A stretch of DNA of 64,000 nt from Macrostomum lignano. Taxonomy: Eukaryota. The notes under the pieces are model-generated. The model had not been told where the DNA came from and did no database searches. It saw nothing but the letters and a program-made list of their open reading frames with translations. A program made the translations under genes and the position numbers. Location of the stretch: NCBI GenBank assembly GCA_002269645.1, contig NIVC01002394.1, forward strand, positions 114,523-178,522. Reading direction: 5' to 3'. Shown here one piece after another: positions 1 through 12,103 of the stretch. The first letter of the stretch is position 1. Every line of letters starts with the position of its first letter.

Positions 1-68
1 ACCCACCCCACTGCTTTGCCGCCCTGGCCGAGAGCTGACATGGGGCCGGAGAAAAAAATTCGGAAGCG

Positions 69-69
<1 letters not shown>

Positions 70-114
<45 letters not shown>
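70..114. repeat. (CA)n microsatellite
   Basis: Pure acacac run. Confidence 0.95.
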
Positions 115-117
<3 letters not shown>

Positions 118-398
118 CGTAGTGACTTAGCGCCAACGGAAATAAAAACTGGACTCAAGGGCGGGGATATGGCTGCCCCGGGACTCAAGACAGAGAAAGG
201 CCAGGCCCTCCGCCTTCTGGCACATAGAAAATCTAAGATAGGAGGAGTAGAGATCAGTTCTGACACGCTGAGATGCCTGCTTGCAAAAAAATGTTAATTA
301 GTGCTTCTTGAGATGGAGAATCGCAATAGATTTATTTGTGGCTGTGATGAGAGAGTGCTAGCTGCGGACTGTGAGGTCGCGGGAGACTGAGATAACTA

Positions 399-1077
399 GG
401 CGAGAGAGTCTGAGACAAAGGCGAGAGAGTCTGAGACAAAGGCGAGAGAGTCTGAGACAAAGGCGAGAGAGTCTGAGACAAAGGCGAGAGAGTCTGAGAC
501 AAAGGCGAGAGAGTCTGAGACAAAGGCGAGAGAGTCTGAGACAAAGGCGAGAGAGTCTGAGACAAAGGCGAGAGAATCTGAGACAAAGGCGAGAGAGTCT
601 GAGACAAAGGCGAGAGAGTCTGAGACAAAGGCGAGAGAGTCTGAGACAAAGGCGAGAGAGTCTGAGACAAAGGCGAGAGAATCTGAGACAAAGGCGAGAG
701 AGTCTGAGACAAAGGCGAGAGAGTCTGAGACAAAGGCGAGAGAATCTGAGACAAAGGCGAGAGAGTCTGAGACAAAGGCGAGAGAATCTGAGACAAAGGC
801 GAGAGAGGCTGAGACAAAGGCGAGAGAGGCTGAGACAAAGGCGAGAGAGGCTGAGACAAAGGCGAGAGAGGCTGAGACAAAGGCGAGAGAGGCTGAGACA
901 AAGGCGAGAGAGGCTGAGACAAAGGCGAGAGAGGCTGAGACAAAGGCGAGAGAGGCTAAGACAAAGGCGAGAGAGGCTGAGACAAAGGCGAGAGAGGCTG
1001 AGACAAAGGCGAGAGAGGCTGAGACAAAGGCGAGAGAGGCTGAGACAAAGGCGAGAGAGGCTGAGGCAAAGGCGAGA
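399..1077. repeat. 21-bp tandem repeat, ~32 copies
   Basis: Unit GAGACAAAGGCGAGAGAG(T/G)CT. It explains the overlapping ORFs 332..943, 371..1207 and 396..1136. Confidence 0.95.
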
Positions 1078-1841
1078 TCCAAAGAATCAGGGTGAAGAGG
1101 CACTGAGACGAAGACTTGCTGAGAAACGCAGCGCAAGAACGCAGGGAAGACAGGCTCTGATTGCAGCAGAACTGGTGGGTGAGGAGGTCGAGGAGCCCTC
1201 GAACTGAGGGCTGGCGCAACTCCAGGCCACGCACGGAAAGAAGATTTTTGCTTCAGAAGGAAGTGCGGGGAAGGCAGAACGGCTCAAGAATTATCTGAAC
1301 TTAAATAGGGCCATATAAAACTGTTTACTCTCCCCCATCGGCCTCAGCCCCCCGTCATCAATCACGATCTGGTCCGAGTGGGATTTTTCTCCCATACTTT
1401 TTCTCCTCTCCCTGCCGGTGGGAATAGCTCGAAGAGGAAAAGTGGAATGAAATTCCAACTGTGAATGTGCGGCGCTATCTGTTCCGAATTTTGCTCTTCT
1501 CACTTTCTTCCACTTTCACATATCCGCTCTAATATTTATTTTTTGGTCAGTGAATAATCCCGCAATGCAGTAAGATAGATGAGCACTCTTCCAAGGCACT
1601 TGTTAAAGAAGGATAGCGACTAATATTCCTTCAAGGATGCTTGAACTGTAAGTCACTCCCAGAGATGAGACTGAAAGTTTTCAATAAATATTTTTAAAGG
1701 GTATTCGAATGAGCTTAAAAAATAAGGCTAAATGAACTTTTTATTCAATACACGTTAAATCACTTATGTCTATTGAATTAATACAGGTTACATATACCTA
1801 TAAAACGGAAAACTCTGTCTTAGTAGATAAACGAAAAAATG

Positions 1842-2217
1842 CGACAGTACGAGAGTACGAGAGTACGACAGTATGAGAGTATGAGAGTACGAGAGTACGA
1901 GAGTACGAGAGTACGAGAGTACGAGAGTACGAGAGTACGAGAGTACGAGAGTACGACAGTACGAGAGTACGAGAGTACGAGAGTACGAGAGTACGAGAGT
2001 ACGACAGTACGAGAGTACGACAGTACGAGAGTACGACAGTACGAGAGTACGACAGTACGAGAGTACGACAGTACGAGAGTACGACAGTACGAGAGTACGA
2101 CAGTACGAGAGTACGAGAGTACGAGAGTACGAGAGTACGACAGTACGAGAGTACGACAGTACGAGAGTACGACAGTACGAGAGTACGACAGTACGACAGT
2201 ACGAGAGTACGAGAGTG
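1842..2217. repeat. 8-bp tandem repeat (GTACGAGA/GTACGACA) in the LHFPL intron
   Basis: Direct reading; starts ~30 nt after the donor at 2248-2247. Confidence 0.95.
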
Positions 2218-2248
2218 CGAAGACACGAGAGTATTAAATCGTTCTCAC

Positions 2249-3377
2249 CCGCGCTGAGCTGAGCCAGGCCGCAGGCGACCAGCACCGGCCGGATGCGCAG
2301 CACCAGCAGGCGGAAGCCGCTAAAGGCCAGGAAGAAGGTGAGCAGCAGGGTCAGGCAGCTGGCTGCGGCCATCAGAGCGAAGGCCGCACGCCAGGCGGGG
2401 CTGGGGATCTCGCTGAGGTGCCGATAGTGCCCGCAGTCCAGCACCAACTGAACCCGGCCGTCCGGCCCCAGAGCCGGGTAGGCGCACAGGCGAAAGAGTC
2501 CCAGATCGCTGAGGTGGCGGGCCGCCGCGGCAGAGTCCGGGACGGCGGCCGCGCTGTCCCGGCTGCCCTTGAGCCAGTAGGGCAGCAGAAACGCCGCCGA
2601 AGCCATCATGCCGCTGGCCCAGCACATGAACACCCAGCCGGCCCACAGACAGCGGAGCGGCTGCTGCTGCTGATGATGCCGATGCTCGAGCAGCCGCTGC
2701 CGTGACGGCGAAGCCGATCCGCCCAGCACCGCGGCAAACTCGGAGGCGGCGCCAAAAGTAGAGCCGCCGTCCGCGTCTGCGGCCACCTTGCGTCGGCGTT
2801 CCAACAGCTGGAGCGTCTTGCAGCTGTGCGCCTGCTGGCGCTGTTGATGAGGCTGGAGAGGCTGCAGCTGCTGGTGTTGCGGGGGCTCCCAGGTCGACGC
2901 CAGACTGCCCATTGAGCATCTGCAGTAGAGGATCAAATGCGGGTCATGAGCAGCTTTATGAGTTGTATGAGCACTACTGCAGCTGTATGAGCACTACTGC
3001 AGCTATATGAGCACTACTGCAGCTGTATGAGCACTACTGCAGCTATATGAGCACTACTGCAGCTGTATGAGCACTACTGCAGCTGTATGAGCACTACTGC
3101 ATGCTATTTACTGAAACTTCCGCAAGAGTTCCCACTTCAATATCCTAATGGATTATGGGATTATGCCCTAAGCTACAGGTGACTCGCATGGTTACTCACG
3201 CAATGTAACGAGAGGGACAACACAAATGAGTTTTATCTACCTAGTTGGAGTCTGATGATGCAGAAGCTGCTGATGCTGGGGAGTCAGACTCCTACTGTGG
3301 CTTCCACTGCCGATCTCCGCCTCCTCCTCAGCTGCCAGGGCTCCATCGCCTGCGTCTTCATCTTCCAGAGCCAGCAT
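2249..3377 (-). CDS. LHFPL: LHFPL/TMHS-family (lipoma HMGIC fusion partner-like) tetraspan protein, partial; 3' exon(s) not found in the window
   Basis: Exon 2919-2249 encodes AAFLLPYWLKG..LGLFRLCAYP..DCGHYRHLSEIPSPAWRAAFALM..CGLAQLSA, the LHFPL pattern. Donor G|GTGAGA at 2248. The upstream exon 3488-3241 joins in phase (ACT AG|A TGC). A probable non-coding exon ends at 4629 (TGG|GTGAGC). Start codon uncertain (ATG 3377 or 2912). Confidence 0.8.
2950..3100. repeat. 20-bp tandem repeat (AGCTGTATGAGCACTACTGC) in the LHFPL intron
   Basis: Direct reading, ~7 copies. Confidence 0.9.
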
Positions 3378-3762
3378 CCTGAAACTTGAGAACAGCGGAG
3401 CGCCTGACTCAGGGGTCAGGGCGGCATGGGCATCGAGCACGCATTGATTGCGGCTGCACACCTGGGCCAGTGTCTGCCAATTCACCAACTGTAGCCTCGG
3501 ACGACAATTTTCGGGGAAAAGTCATATTGATACAATTGTGCTCAAACAGAGATATCAAGTTGCTACACTTTGCGTTTGACTTCGGCTTAAGATTGTTAAA
3601 TAGACTGAAGCGAGTGGGTAGGGGCTGTTTGATCCTCTCTCCCTCCTGTCCCTAGCGTGTACCCATGAACCTAGCATTTGTCTTAAAATGTACAACTTCA
3701 CCTTATTTCACCTTGCATAGCATGTGCTAGGACACAGTTTCTGTTTATGTCAGATCATAAAT

Positions 3763-4620
<858 letters not shown>

Positions 4621-5074
4621 CAGCTCACCCAGTGTCCGCAACAGAAGTGCAGAGGCCTACAGAGCCAGAGCAGTGCTGTGCTTCAGTGTCAGTGCCGCAG
4701 TCCGCACAATGGGCTCAGTGCCGTGGTCTCGCTGGCATGCTGAAACTTCATACAATTTTCTACCCGGCTCAGTGACTGCTAGGGAATAAAATCCCCCCTG
4801 CACCCGTCACTCAACCGCCCAGCAGCAGCCAATCAGCACTGAAGCCGGCTGCCCAGCCTCTCCCACTGCATCCCACCCTGTCTGTCGGATTGCAGCATGC
4901 GGTCTCCGTGCTGACCTCCCTATCGCGAAATCTATAATTACACAGAGCCCTCCTTCTCACTATCCTTCTCCAAAAGCCTCAAACCCTTTTTATTATCCAC
5001 AATATTGCCGTCCCTAACAATGACACGATCTCCGCTTCAATCCGCTGAATTCCGCTGACTCCACGAACTCAAAC

Positions 5075-5290
5075 ACACGTTCACACAGGGTGCACAGCGG
5101 TCCTGACTTTCTAATCGTCAGGCATGTACATTCTCTGCGCCATTTGGGGTGGGTGTTGGCTCTCACAGGTGTAAATCGCACGACAGCCCCCTGGCCACAA
5201 GCCCCAAGTGAATGTGGAATCGAACCAGGGGTCGTGAAGCAAGAGCCAGACGCGTGGCAGAGCATGCATGCAGCAGACCGAGAGCTTGAG
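5075..5290 (-). mobile_element. tRNA-derived SINE-like repeat, copy 1
   Basis: Pol III B-box GGTTCGATTC on the minus strand (5226-5217). Shares CACAAGCCCCAA.TGAATG and CACACAGG.TG.ACAG.GG.C.TGACT with 42150-42280. Confidence 0.55.
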
Positions 5291-5954
5291 AAGTCGGAGA
5301 GATCACCAGGGGAAGGGGTGCCAGTGGGATGTCTGTCTATCAGAGCCCGCCTGCTACATGCAATTGAAAATACTTGCAGTGCAGAGTGGCCGTCCGCACA
5401 CTCATCCTCACTGATTAGGGTTTGTTGCTGCGGCTGATTACTGACTCGCCAACGATTACGTAATAACTTCTAGATACTCAGCAGCGACCAAGTGAAAATA
5501 GTGTGCATCTCACTCCCTACTCTCTCCATCCTTTACTATGCAGTTTAGACTTTCCCTTCCTTGACCCTAACTCCGGAAATTAGAGCTGCCATTGAGCTGT
5601 GTGAGGTCGGTGTGGCAGTCTGCCAGTATTAGTGAAATAATAAAATGACTGACTTGGCCAGCAATTATTTTTATATAGCGTCCTCACCTTTAATAAGCCA
5701 TGGACGCTTACAGTTAGACATCTGGATAGAAACCCCAGGCTAGGATTCCGCCCAAAGTCCTAGTTGTCCATGTTTAAATAGTTGATAATAAAATGGAGTT
5801 AGCTGGTTGATTGATTTTTGTAGGTGTTGTAAAACCCGCTCGCTTTAATTGCTTTTTGTTTATCTGGTGGAGAGAGTTTGACAGACAGGGTAGAACGCTA
5901 TGCTTAACCATTTTCTCACTGTCTTTTATTCATGTAGTGGTGGTGTCATCAGGG

Positions 5955-6720
5955 CGAGATTGATAAGGATGAGATTGATTATGGATAGAGATTGATAAGA
6001 GATAGTGATTGATAAGATAGAGATTGATAAGGGCAAATTGATTATGGCAAGGTTGATAAGGGCGAGATTGATAAGGGCGAGATTGATAAGGGCAAATTGA
6101 TTATGGCAAGGTTGATAAGGGCGAGGTTGATAAGGGCGAGATTGATAAGAGCAAATTGATTATGGCAAGGTTGATAAGGGCGAGGTTGATAAGGGCGAGA
6201 TTGATAAGAGCAAATTGATTATGGCAAGGTTGATAAGGGCGAGGTTGATAAGGGCGAGATTGATAAGGGCAAATTGATTATGGCAAGGTTGATAAGGGCG
6301 AGGTTGATAAGGGCGAGATTGATAAGAGCAAATTGATTATGGCAAGGTTGATAAGGGCGAGGTTGATAAGGGCGAGATTGATAAGAGCAAATTGATTATG
6401 GCAAGGTTGATAAGGGCGAGGTTGATAAGGGCGAGATTGATAAGGGCAAATTGATTATGGCAAGGTTGATAAGGGCGAGGTTGATAAGGGCGAGATTGAT
6501 AAGGGTGAGATTGATAAGAGATTGAGATTGACAAGGGCGAGATTGATCATGGCGCGAATGATAAAGGTGAGATTGATAAGAGCGAGATTGATAAGGGCGA
6601 AATTGATTTTGGCGAGGTTGGTAAGGGCAAGATTAATGAGGGCGAGATTGATCATGGCGAGATTGATCATGGCGAGATTGATCATGGCGAGATTGGTAAG
6701 GGCGAGAATGATAATCGCGG
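5955..6720. repeat. 15-bp tandem repeat (GAGATTGATAAGGGC and variants)
   Basis: Direct reading; 3-4-unit sub-periodicity. Confidence 0.92.
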
Positions 6721-6880
6721 GATTGATCAGGACGAGAACGCGACGGCGTTGACGGACGGACTAGTTTGAGAAGAAAAGGATTTTCAACAGTCTTAAAGCA
6801 GACTGCCATATCAGTCAAAAGGTGCGCATGCGAGTTTGAAGGATTGCTTCATGCCATCACCAGGAGACAACCACGAACTG

Positions 6881-6886
6881 TTTATT
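6881..6886 (-). terminator. Candidate poly(A) signal AATAAA of the GM2A-like gene
   Basis: TTTATT on +, ~120 nt past the stop at 7007. Confidence 0.5.
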
Positions 6887-7006
6887 TGTTTAAAAACTGC
6901 CGTCAGTACATGCAATTACGGGCCTTTTCTTATGTTCCTACGAGCTACTAGAAGTAGAACGTAACATAAATGAGCAGCTGAATTTCCGGCACCGACTGGC
7001 ATCAGA

Positions 7007-10000
7007 TCAGTCGCCCTTCTTCAAGGTCATCTCCATCTCGAAGCAGGACATCAAAGAGCCGCTTCGGCTGTTGCTCAGCTCCACACGGATCTTGTAGTCA
7101 CCCTGTCAGTTGTGGGCAGGTTGTACTTTTGACTGCTTTGCTGGATTATTGAATTACATGAACTGCCTAGCTTCTAATAACTGCCTACTCCATCATCTAT
7201 AGCACCTGCCTAATCCATCACCTATAGCATATCTACCTAATCCATCACCTATAGCATATCTACCTAATCCATCACCTATAGCATACCTACCTAATCCATC
7301 ACCTAATAGCATATCTACCTAATCCATCACCTATAGCATATCTACCTAATCCATCACCTATAGCATATCTACCTAATCCATCACCTATAGCATATCTACC
7401 TAATCCATCACCTATAGCATATCTACCTAATCCATCACCTATAGCATATCTACCTAATCCATCACCTATAGCATATCTACCTAATCAATCACTTATAGCA
7501 TCTGCCTAAGCGCCTAAACATACTAACCGCAGCCAACTCTGCTTAACTTGCTTCGCTAGCAAACGAGCTAGCTAAAGCCAACAGCCTATGAACCCATTAT
7601 CTGTCATCTTCCATAATTATCTGCACTTTCCGAGTCGCCGGTCAGTCATTACTTAGAGATATATTAAATTCCAATTTCGCTACTTGCAGTAGGCTGCACA
7701 GCACATTCCATTTCTACTGCAGCTTTCATATCTCACGTTAGCGATAGCGGCCAGCAGGGAAGGAATGCCCGGCAGGTCCAGGGACCTGTCAGCGATCTCC
7801 AGTTCGGCCGGCTGGTACGGGCAGGCCTGCAGGCCCTCGGAGTCCACGCTGGCGATGAGCTGGCGAATTTCGGCCGCGATCCGGGCGGAGATGCCGACCC
7901 AGTCCTCGCGTTCCATGCGGTCCAGCAGGTTGCACAGATCCGGGTAGGAGCTGCGGGTTCGGCGGCTCTGCTTGGGAATTCTGCGCTTCACTAATCTGCA
8001 GCTCCCTTACTTGCTCACATTTTCAACTTTCTGGAGCTTTCTGGTCACTCACCTGCAGCTCTAGTCACTCACCAGCTGCTCTAGTCACTCACCAGCTGCT
8101 CTAGTCACTCACCTGCTGCTCTAGTCACTCACCTGCAGCTCTAGTCACTCACCAGCTGCTCTAGTCACTCACCTGCAGCTCTAGTCACTCACCAGCTGCT
8201 CTAGTCACTCACCTGCAGCTCTAGTCACTCACCAGCTGCTCTAGTTACTCAATAGCGTCTCTAATCACTTACCAGCATCTCTAGTCGCTCACCAGCATCT
8301 CTAGTCACTCACCAGCTGCTCTAGTCACTCATCTGCAGCTCTAGTCACTCACCAGCTGCTCTAGTCACTCACCTGCAGCTCTAGTCACTCACCAGCTGCT
8401 CTAGTTACTCACTAGCGTCTCTAATCACTTACCAGCATCTCTAGTCGCTCACCAGCTGCTCTAGTCACTCACTAGCAGCTCTAGTCACTCACCAGCTGCT
8501 CTAGTGACTCACCAGCTGCTCTAGTCACTCACCAGCTGCTCTAGTCACTCACCTGCAGCTCTAGTCACTCACCAGCTGCTCTAGTCACTCACCTGCAGCT
8601 CTAGTCACTCACCTGCAGCTCTAGTCACTCACCTGCAGCTCTAGTCACTCACCAGGATCCAATATTAAAGATGCAGGGAATTCGAACGTTGCCCAGCCAC
8701 GTCTTGCGCACCAGTTCAATTTTCATGTCGATATTATCAAAAGGACGCTGGATTTTTCCAGCGAATCCCAGTGTGATGCGGCCTGGCAGGGTGATGACGC
8801 TCGGCTCCAGGCTGATGGCCTGCACGTTGATGTCATCGTTGCCACCTGTGACAGATTAATCATGATGAAAGCCGGAATCCATACTCAATTCAAACAAAAA
8901 TAAACTGCTATTCCTATCGATTATACGTTGGTAAACAGCTGGCATGTTATATGCAAAAAAGGAGAAAAATGGGGAGTTAGTCGTACTAGCGAGAAGCTGC
9001 TACTGAATAGTAGAATTCTATATAGCTTAACCTGCAACACTGTACTTAACCCTTAGATGCCGGTTGGCTAGCAGAGCTGACCATAGCCATAGAATAGAAG
9101 GTGACGAGAAAAAAAATTGGTAGTCTATGGCCAGTGAGGCGCAGAATTGCAGCTCCTTTCCTGCCGAACACGGTCAGCTGAGCTGACCATGGAATAAATA
9201 GCGCACTCACTCAGTCTGTAGCACTCTGTAGCGACCACTAGAGCAACTTTCATGTACTAACAATGGCACAGAAGAAAGATGCAGTTTATTGTTGAATTAA
9301 TTTCGAACTATAAAGTTAAAGGGAAAGTTAAAGTTCAAGTTCAAGCAAAAGAAGATATTTGTCCAAAAGCAACAAAAAATTTATGATTTTGAGACGCAAC
9401 TACATGTACGCTCGTATAGTAGCATATAATAATACAGGGAACAATATTGTGGTAGAGTGCCGCAGTTGGACATTTAATTATTTTTGTCTTAACATAAAGG
9501 TAAAAAATTAATAGTCAATGCCGAATACAAACGCGAATTATATAGTACGGCTGGTGAAAGGAGTTCTTTAATTCAGTGATTCACATGCCACCGTTCAAAG
9601 CAGGGACTTGGGCACAGTCCAGGTGCATTCGGACACGCACTGCAGCAAAACACGGTGCGCTTCGCAGTGCCGTTGCGGTAGCACACGCGGCATCGCTTCA
9701 CCGGCCTCGGGCACGATTCCCTCGGAGGCAGCTTTGATGGAAAGTGCTGCTGAGCTGCGGCCGCCGCTGGTTGCCTAGCTGCCGTTCGCTGTCTTCCTGG
9801 TCCCGTGGAGTCAACCAGTAGGGTGATACAGCTCTCCAGGAATTTGAATAACTGCAGCCGGCCACCGTGCTTTGAGTATACAACCCATGCATTGTGTACA
9901 AGCAGCAGGCAGAGATGAAACCCCAACTTATGAAACCACTTGTAGGTTTTGCGGCAGCTGTCGTAAGGTTTCAGCATGGCATCGAGTCGGTCAACGCCTC

Positions 10001-12103
10001 CCATGCAGCGGTTGTACAGCAGGTTCGAGGCGCTTTTCTGCACTTGCACAGCTTCACCATTCTTGCGAATTCGGTTCGTCGCTACTTTCTGAGCTGAGCC
10101 GTGGGTGTCGATCATGAAGAATGTTTTCAAGCCGCTTTCCTTGCGCTCCAGGATTTTCATGGCCAGCACTGGCAGCTTCCTCATGAAAACTGCGTCATTC
10201 AACGGCACCTGCTGACTGCGCAATGCCAACGGCACTCCACGGTCGGCTCGAACAGTTGCTGTCAGCAGTGTGCTGCGTTCGTACAGAAAAGTCGCAAGCC
10301 GTACTGAGGCAAACCACTTGTCGACGAAAAGGTGATAGCCGAAACCGAGCAGGTCCTTGCAAAGGTGCACTACGATTTTCTCGCTTAGAGACAGCTGGTC
10401 ACAACCGAGGTCGTCGCCAAAATGAGAGTTCTCTTCAGCAGTCGAATGTACTAGAAAGTTATACAGGTAGCCAGATGCAGACTCACAGGCGCAGTACATT
10501 TTAATTCCAACTCTGGCTCTCTTCGATGGGATGTACTGCCTAAACTGAAGGCGCCCCTTGTACAGAATCAGGGACTCGTCGACGCTGACCTGCTGCTCCG
10601 GCTGGTACACGTTCGCGCAGAGCTGCTGAGCCAGACGGAGCAGCGGCCGAATCTTGTGCAGTGGGTCGTTCGAGGCGGGTGCTCGTGCATCGTAGAAACG
10701 AAGGAAGGCCAGCAGCTGCTTGAATCGGTCACGGGTCAAGCCATTGGGCGATTGAAAAAACGGAGTACTGTGAATGACACTGGTGCTCCAGTAATCATGC
10801 AGTTCCGGCTTCCGTGAGATGCCCATGAACAGGTACATACCCAACAGCTTGGATATCTCACTGCGGTTTGTGTCCTTCCATGACTTCAGCAAGCTCGAAA
10901 CATCTTCTCCATCATGTGTCGCCTGCTCATACTCAGCCCAAGCTTTTGCGTTTGTCCACTCCACGATCTTATCCAGCAGCTCATCGGTTAGAAACAGTCG
11001 TAGAAAATATTGGATGTCTTCACGGTCTTCGGGAAGGACAATGCTGGGGTTTACACCCGAAATTCCAGTGAAACTGGGGCCGTCTTCAACAATGTCTTCG
11101 CCTGGCTCCACAAACTGCCAATCGTCTTCTACTTCGCTGATAGTGACCGACTCAGACGACTCGGAGTTCTCCGCTATTCCAGCGTCACTTTCGGAGTCGG
11201 AAGTCAACAGAATATCCATATTTGGATTGATTTGAATTACATGAATAGAATTGTACAGAATTTGGCACAGCCCTTAATATACTAAAACTGGACTGTCTAT
11301 GGCCAGTCTTGTACAGTTTTGATAAGCGTGTGTGCAACCCATTCCAAATGTACATTCTCCTTCAACCCTAGATTAGACCAGCGATGGCTGGCTTATCGGC
11401 AGGAGTGGCAGTGCAATTCAGTTCACTGAAAGCTTGAAATAGTCTATGGTCAGCTCTGCTGACCATGCCGGCAGGAACGGAGCTTTCTATTTGGGAATTT
11501 GGGAATTGGGAATTTAGAATCTAGCGCATGACCGCGGGCCTGAGAGAGGAGAGGAGAGAGGAGAGCGAAGAGGAGGGCCGGGAGAGACTAGAGTGGATAG
11601 GAGAGGAGAGAGGAGAGCAGAGCAGAGAGGAGCGGAGGGACTAGAGTGGATAGGAGAGGAGAGAGGAGATCGGAGAGAAGGGGAGGGAGGAGAGTGAAGA
11701 GGAGAGAAAGGAGAAAAAAGAGTTGAGAAGAGTAACAATCATTTAGCAGTCCGCATCGCTATTGTGAAGTCAAGGGCCTTCAAAGTCAAAGTCAAAGTCA
11801 AGGAAAGAGAGGCTTCGCGGGTCGCATGCACTTATAATGTTTTAGTTCAAGAATAAAATAGTCTATGGTTACAACCCCTATTCCGACCCCAATCTGAATG
11901 TCGCACTGGTAGTGTGCGAACTCACGTCATAAATGTCTATGGTACAATGTACTGCAGTCATTGATTTTTATATGATGAACTTAAAGTTAGGACAATTAAT
12001 TTTCATAGAATAACTTACCGCACCTGGAGAACTTGAACGCGTTCGCACTACTTATAGTAAGTAGCAGGGCGGCGCACACGCAGAAACTAGGAAAGGCAGG
12101 CAT
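7007..12103 (-). CDS. GM2A: GM2 ganglioside activator-like / ML-domain lipid-binding protein with signal peptide, 4 exons
   Basis: Exons 12103-12019 (MPAFPSFCVCAALLLTISSANAFKFSRC G), 8845-8653 (..SLEPSVITLPGRITL..RIPCIFNIGSC), 7950-7737 (SYPDLCNLL..CPYQPAEL..LPGIPSLL) and 7102-7007 (GDYKIRVEL..SCFEMEMTLKKGD*). All junctions are GT-AG and phase-consistent. Motifs match the GM2AP pattern IPC..IGSC..C..CP..G.Y.I..L...C. Confidence 0.88.
7190..7500. repeat. 27-bp tandem repeat in GM2A intron 3
   Basis: Unit CACCTATAGCATATCTACCTAATCCAT, period 27. Confidence 0.93.
8045..8655 (-). repeat. 20-bp tandem repeat made of the intron-2 5' splice site, ~30 copies
   Basis: Minus-strand unit GTGAGTGACTAGAGC(TGCAG/AGCTG); the first copy is the real donor at 8652. 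Confidence 0.95.
9050..11483 (-). mobile_element. piggyBac-family DNA transposon in GM2A intron 1; one end found
   Basis: TTAA (9046-9049) followed by CCCTTAGATG at the low-coordinate end. Imperfect inverted repeat 9151-9192 versus 11444-11483. Transposase ORF inside. No GGG-TTAA end found on the high-coordinate side. Confidence 0.88.
9573..11219 (-). CDS. piggyBac transposase (PGBD4-like), 548 aa, uninterrupted
   Basis: Acidic N-terminus; VSVDESLILYKG, LFVDKWFAS and YNRCMGGVDRLD (DDD triad); C-terminal Cys-rich domain RCRVC..CCSAC..LC..CF..WH. Confidence 0.93.
   Translation of the reverse strand: MDILLTSDSESDAGIAENSESSESVTISEVEDDWQFVEPGEDIVEDGPSFTGISGVNPSIVLPEDREDIQYFLRLFLTDELLDKIVEWTNAKAWAEYEQATHDGEDVSSLLKSWKDTNRSEISKLLGMYLFMGISRKPELHDYWSTSVIHSTPFFQSPNGLTRDRFKQLLAFLRFYDARAPASNDPLHKIRPLLRLAQQLCANVYQPEQQVSVDESLILYKGRLQFRQYIPSKRARVGIKMYCACESASGYLYNFLVHSTAEENSHFGDDLGCDQLSLSEKIVVHLCKDLLGFGYHLFVDKWFASVRLATFLYERSTLLTATVRADRGVPLALRSQQVPLNDAVFMRKLPVLAMKILERKESGLKTFFMIDTHGSAQKVATNRIRKNGEAVQVQKSASNLLYNRCMGGVDRLDAMLKPYDSCRKTYKWFHKLGFHLCLLLVHNAWVVYSKHGGRLQLFKFLESCITLLVDSTGPGRQRTAARQPAAAAAQQHFPSKLPPRESCPRPVKRCRVCYRNGTAKRTVFCCSACPNAPGLCPSPCFERWHVNH
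11540..11730. repeat. Purine-rich (AG) low-complexity tract
   Basis: Direct reading. Confidence 0.8.

Noticed and set aside
3237-3488. Spliced-leader-dependent start for LHFPL at the phase-0 acceptor 3488
   Set aside because: A plausible cis donor exists at 4628 and in-frame ATGs occur at 3377 and 2912, so no leader AUG is needed.
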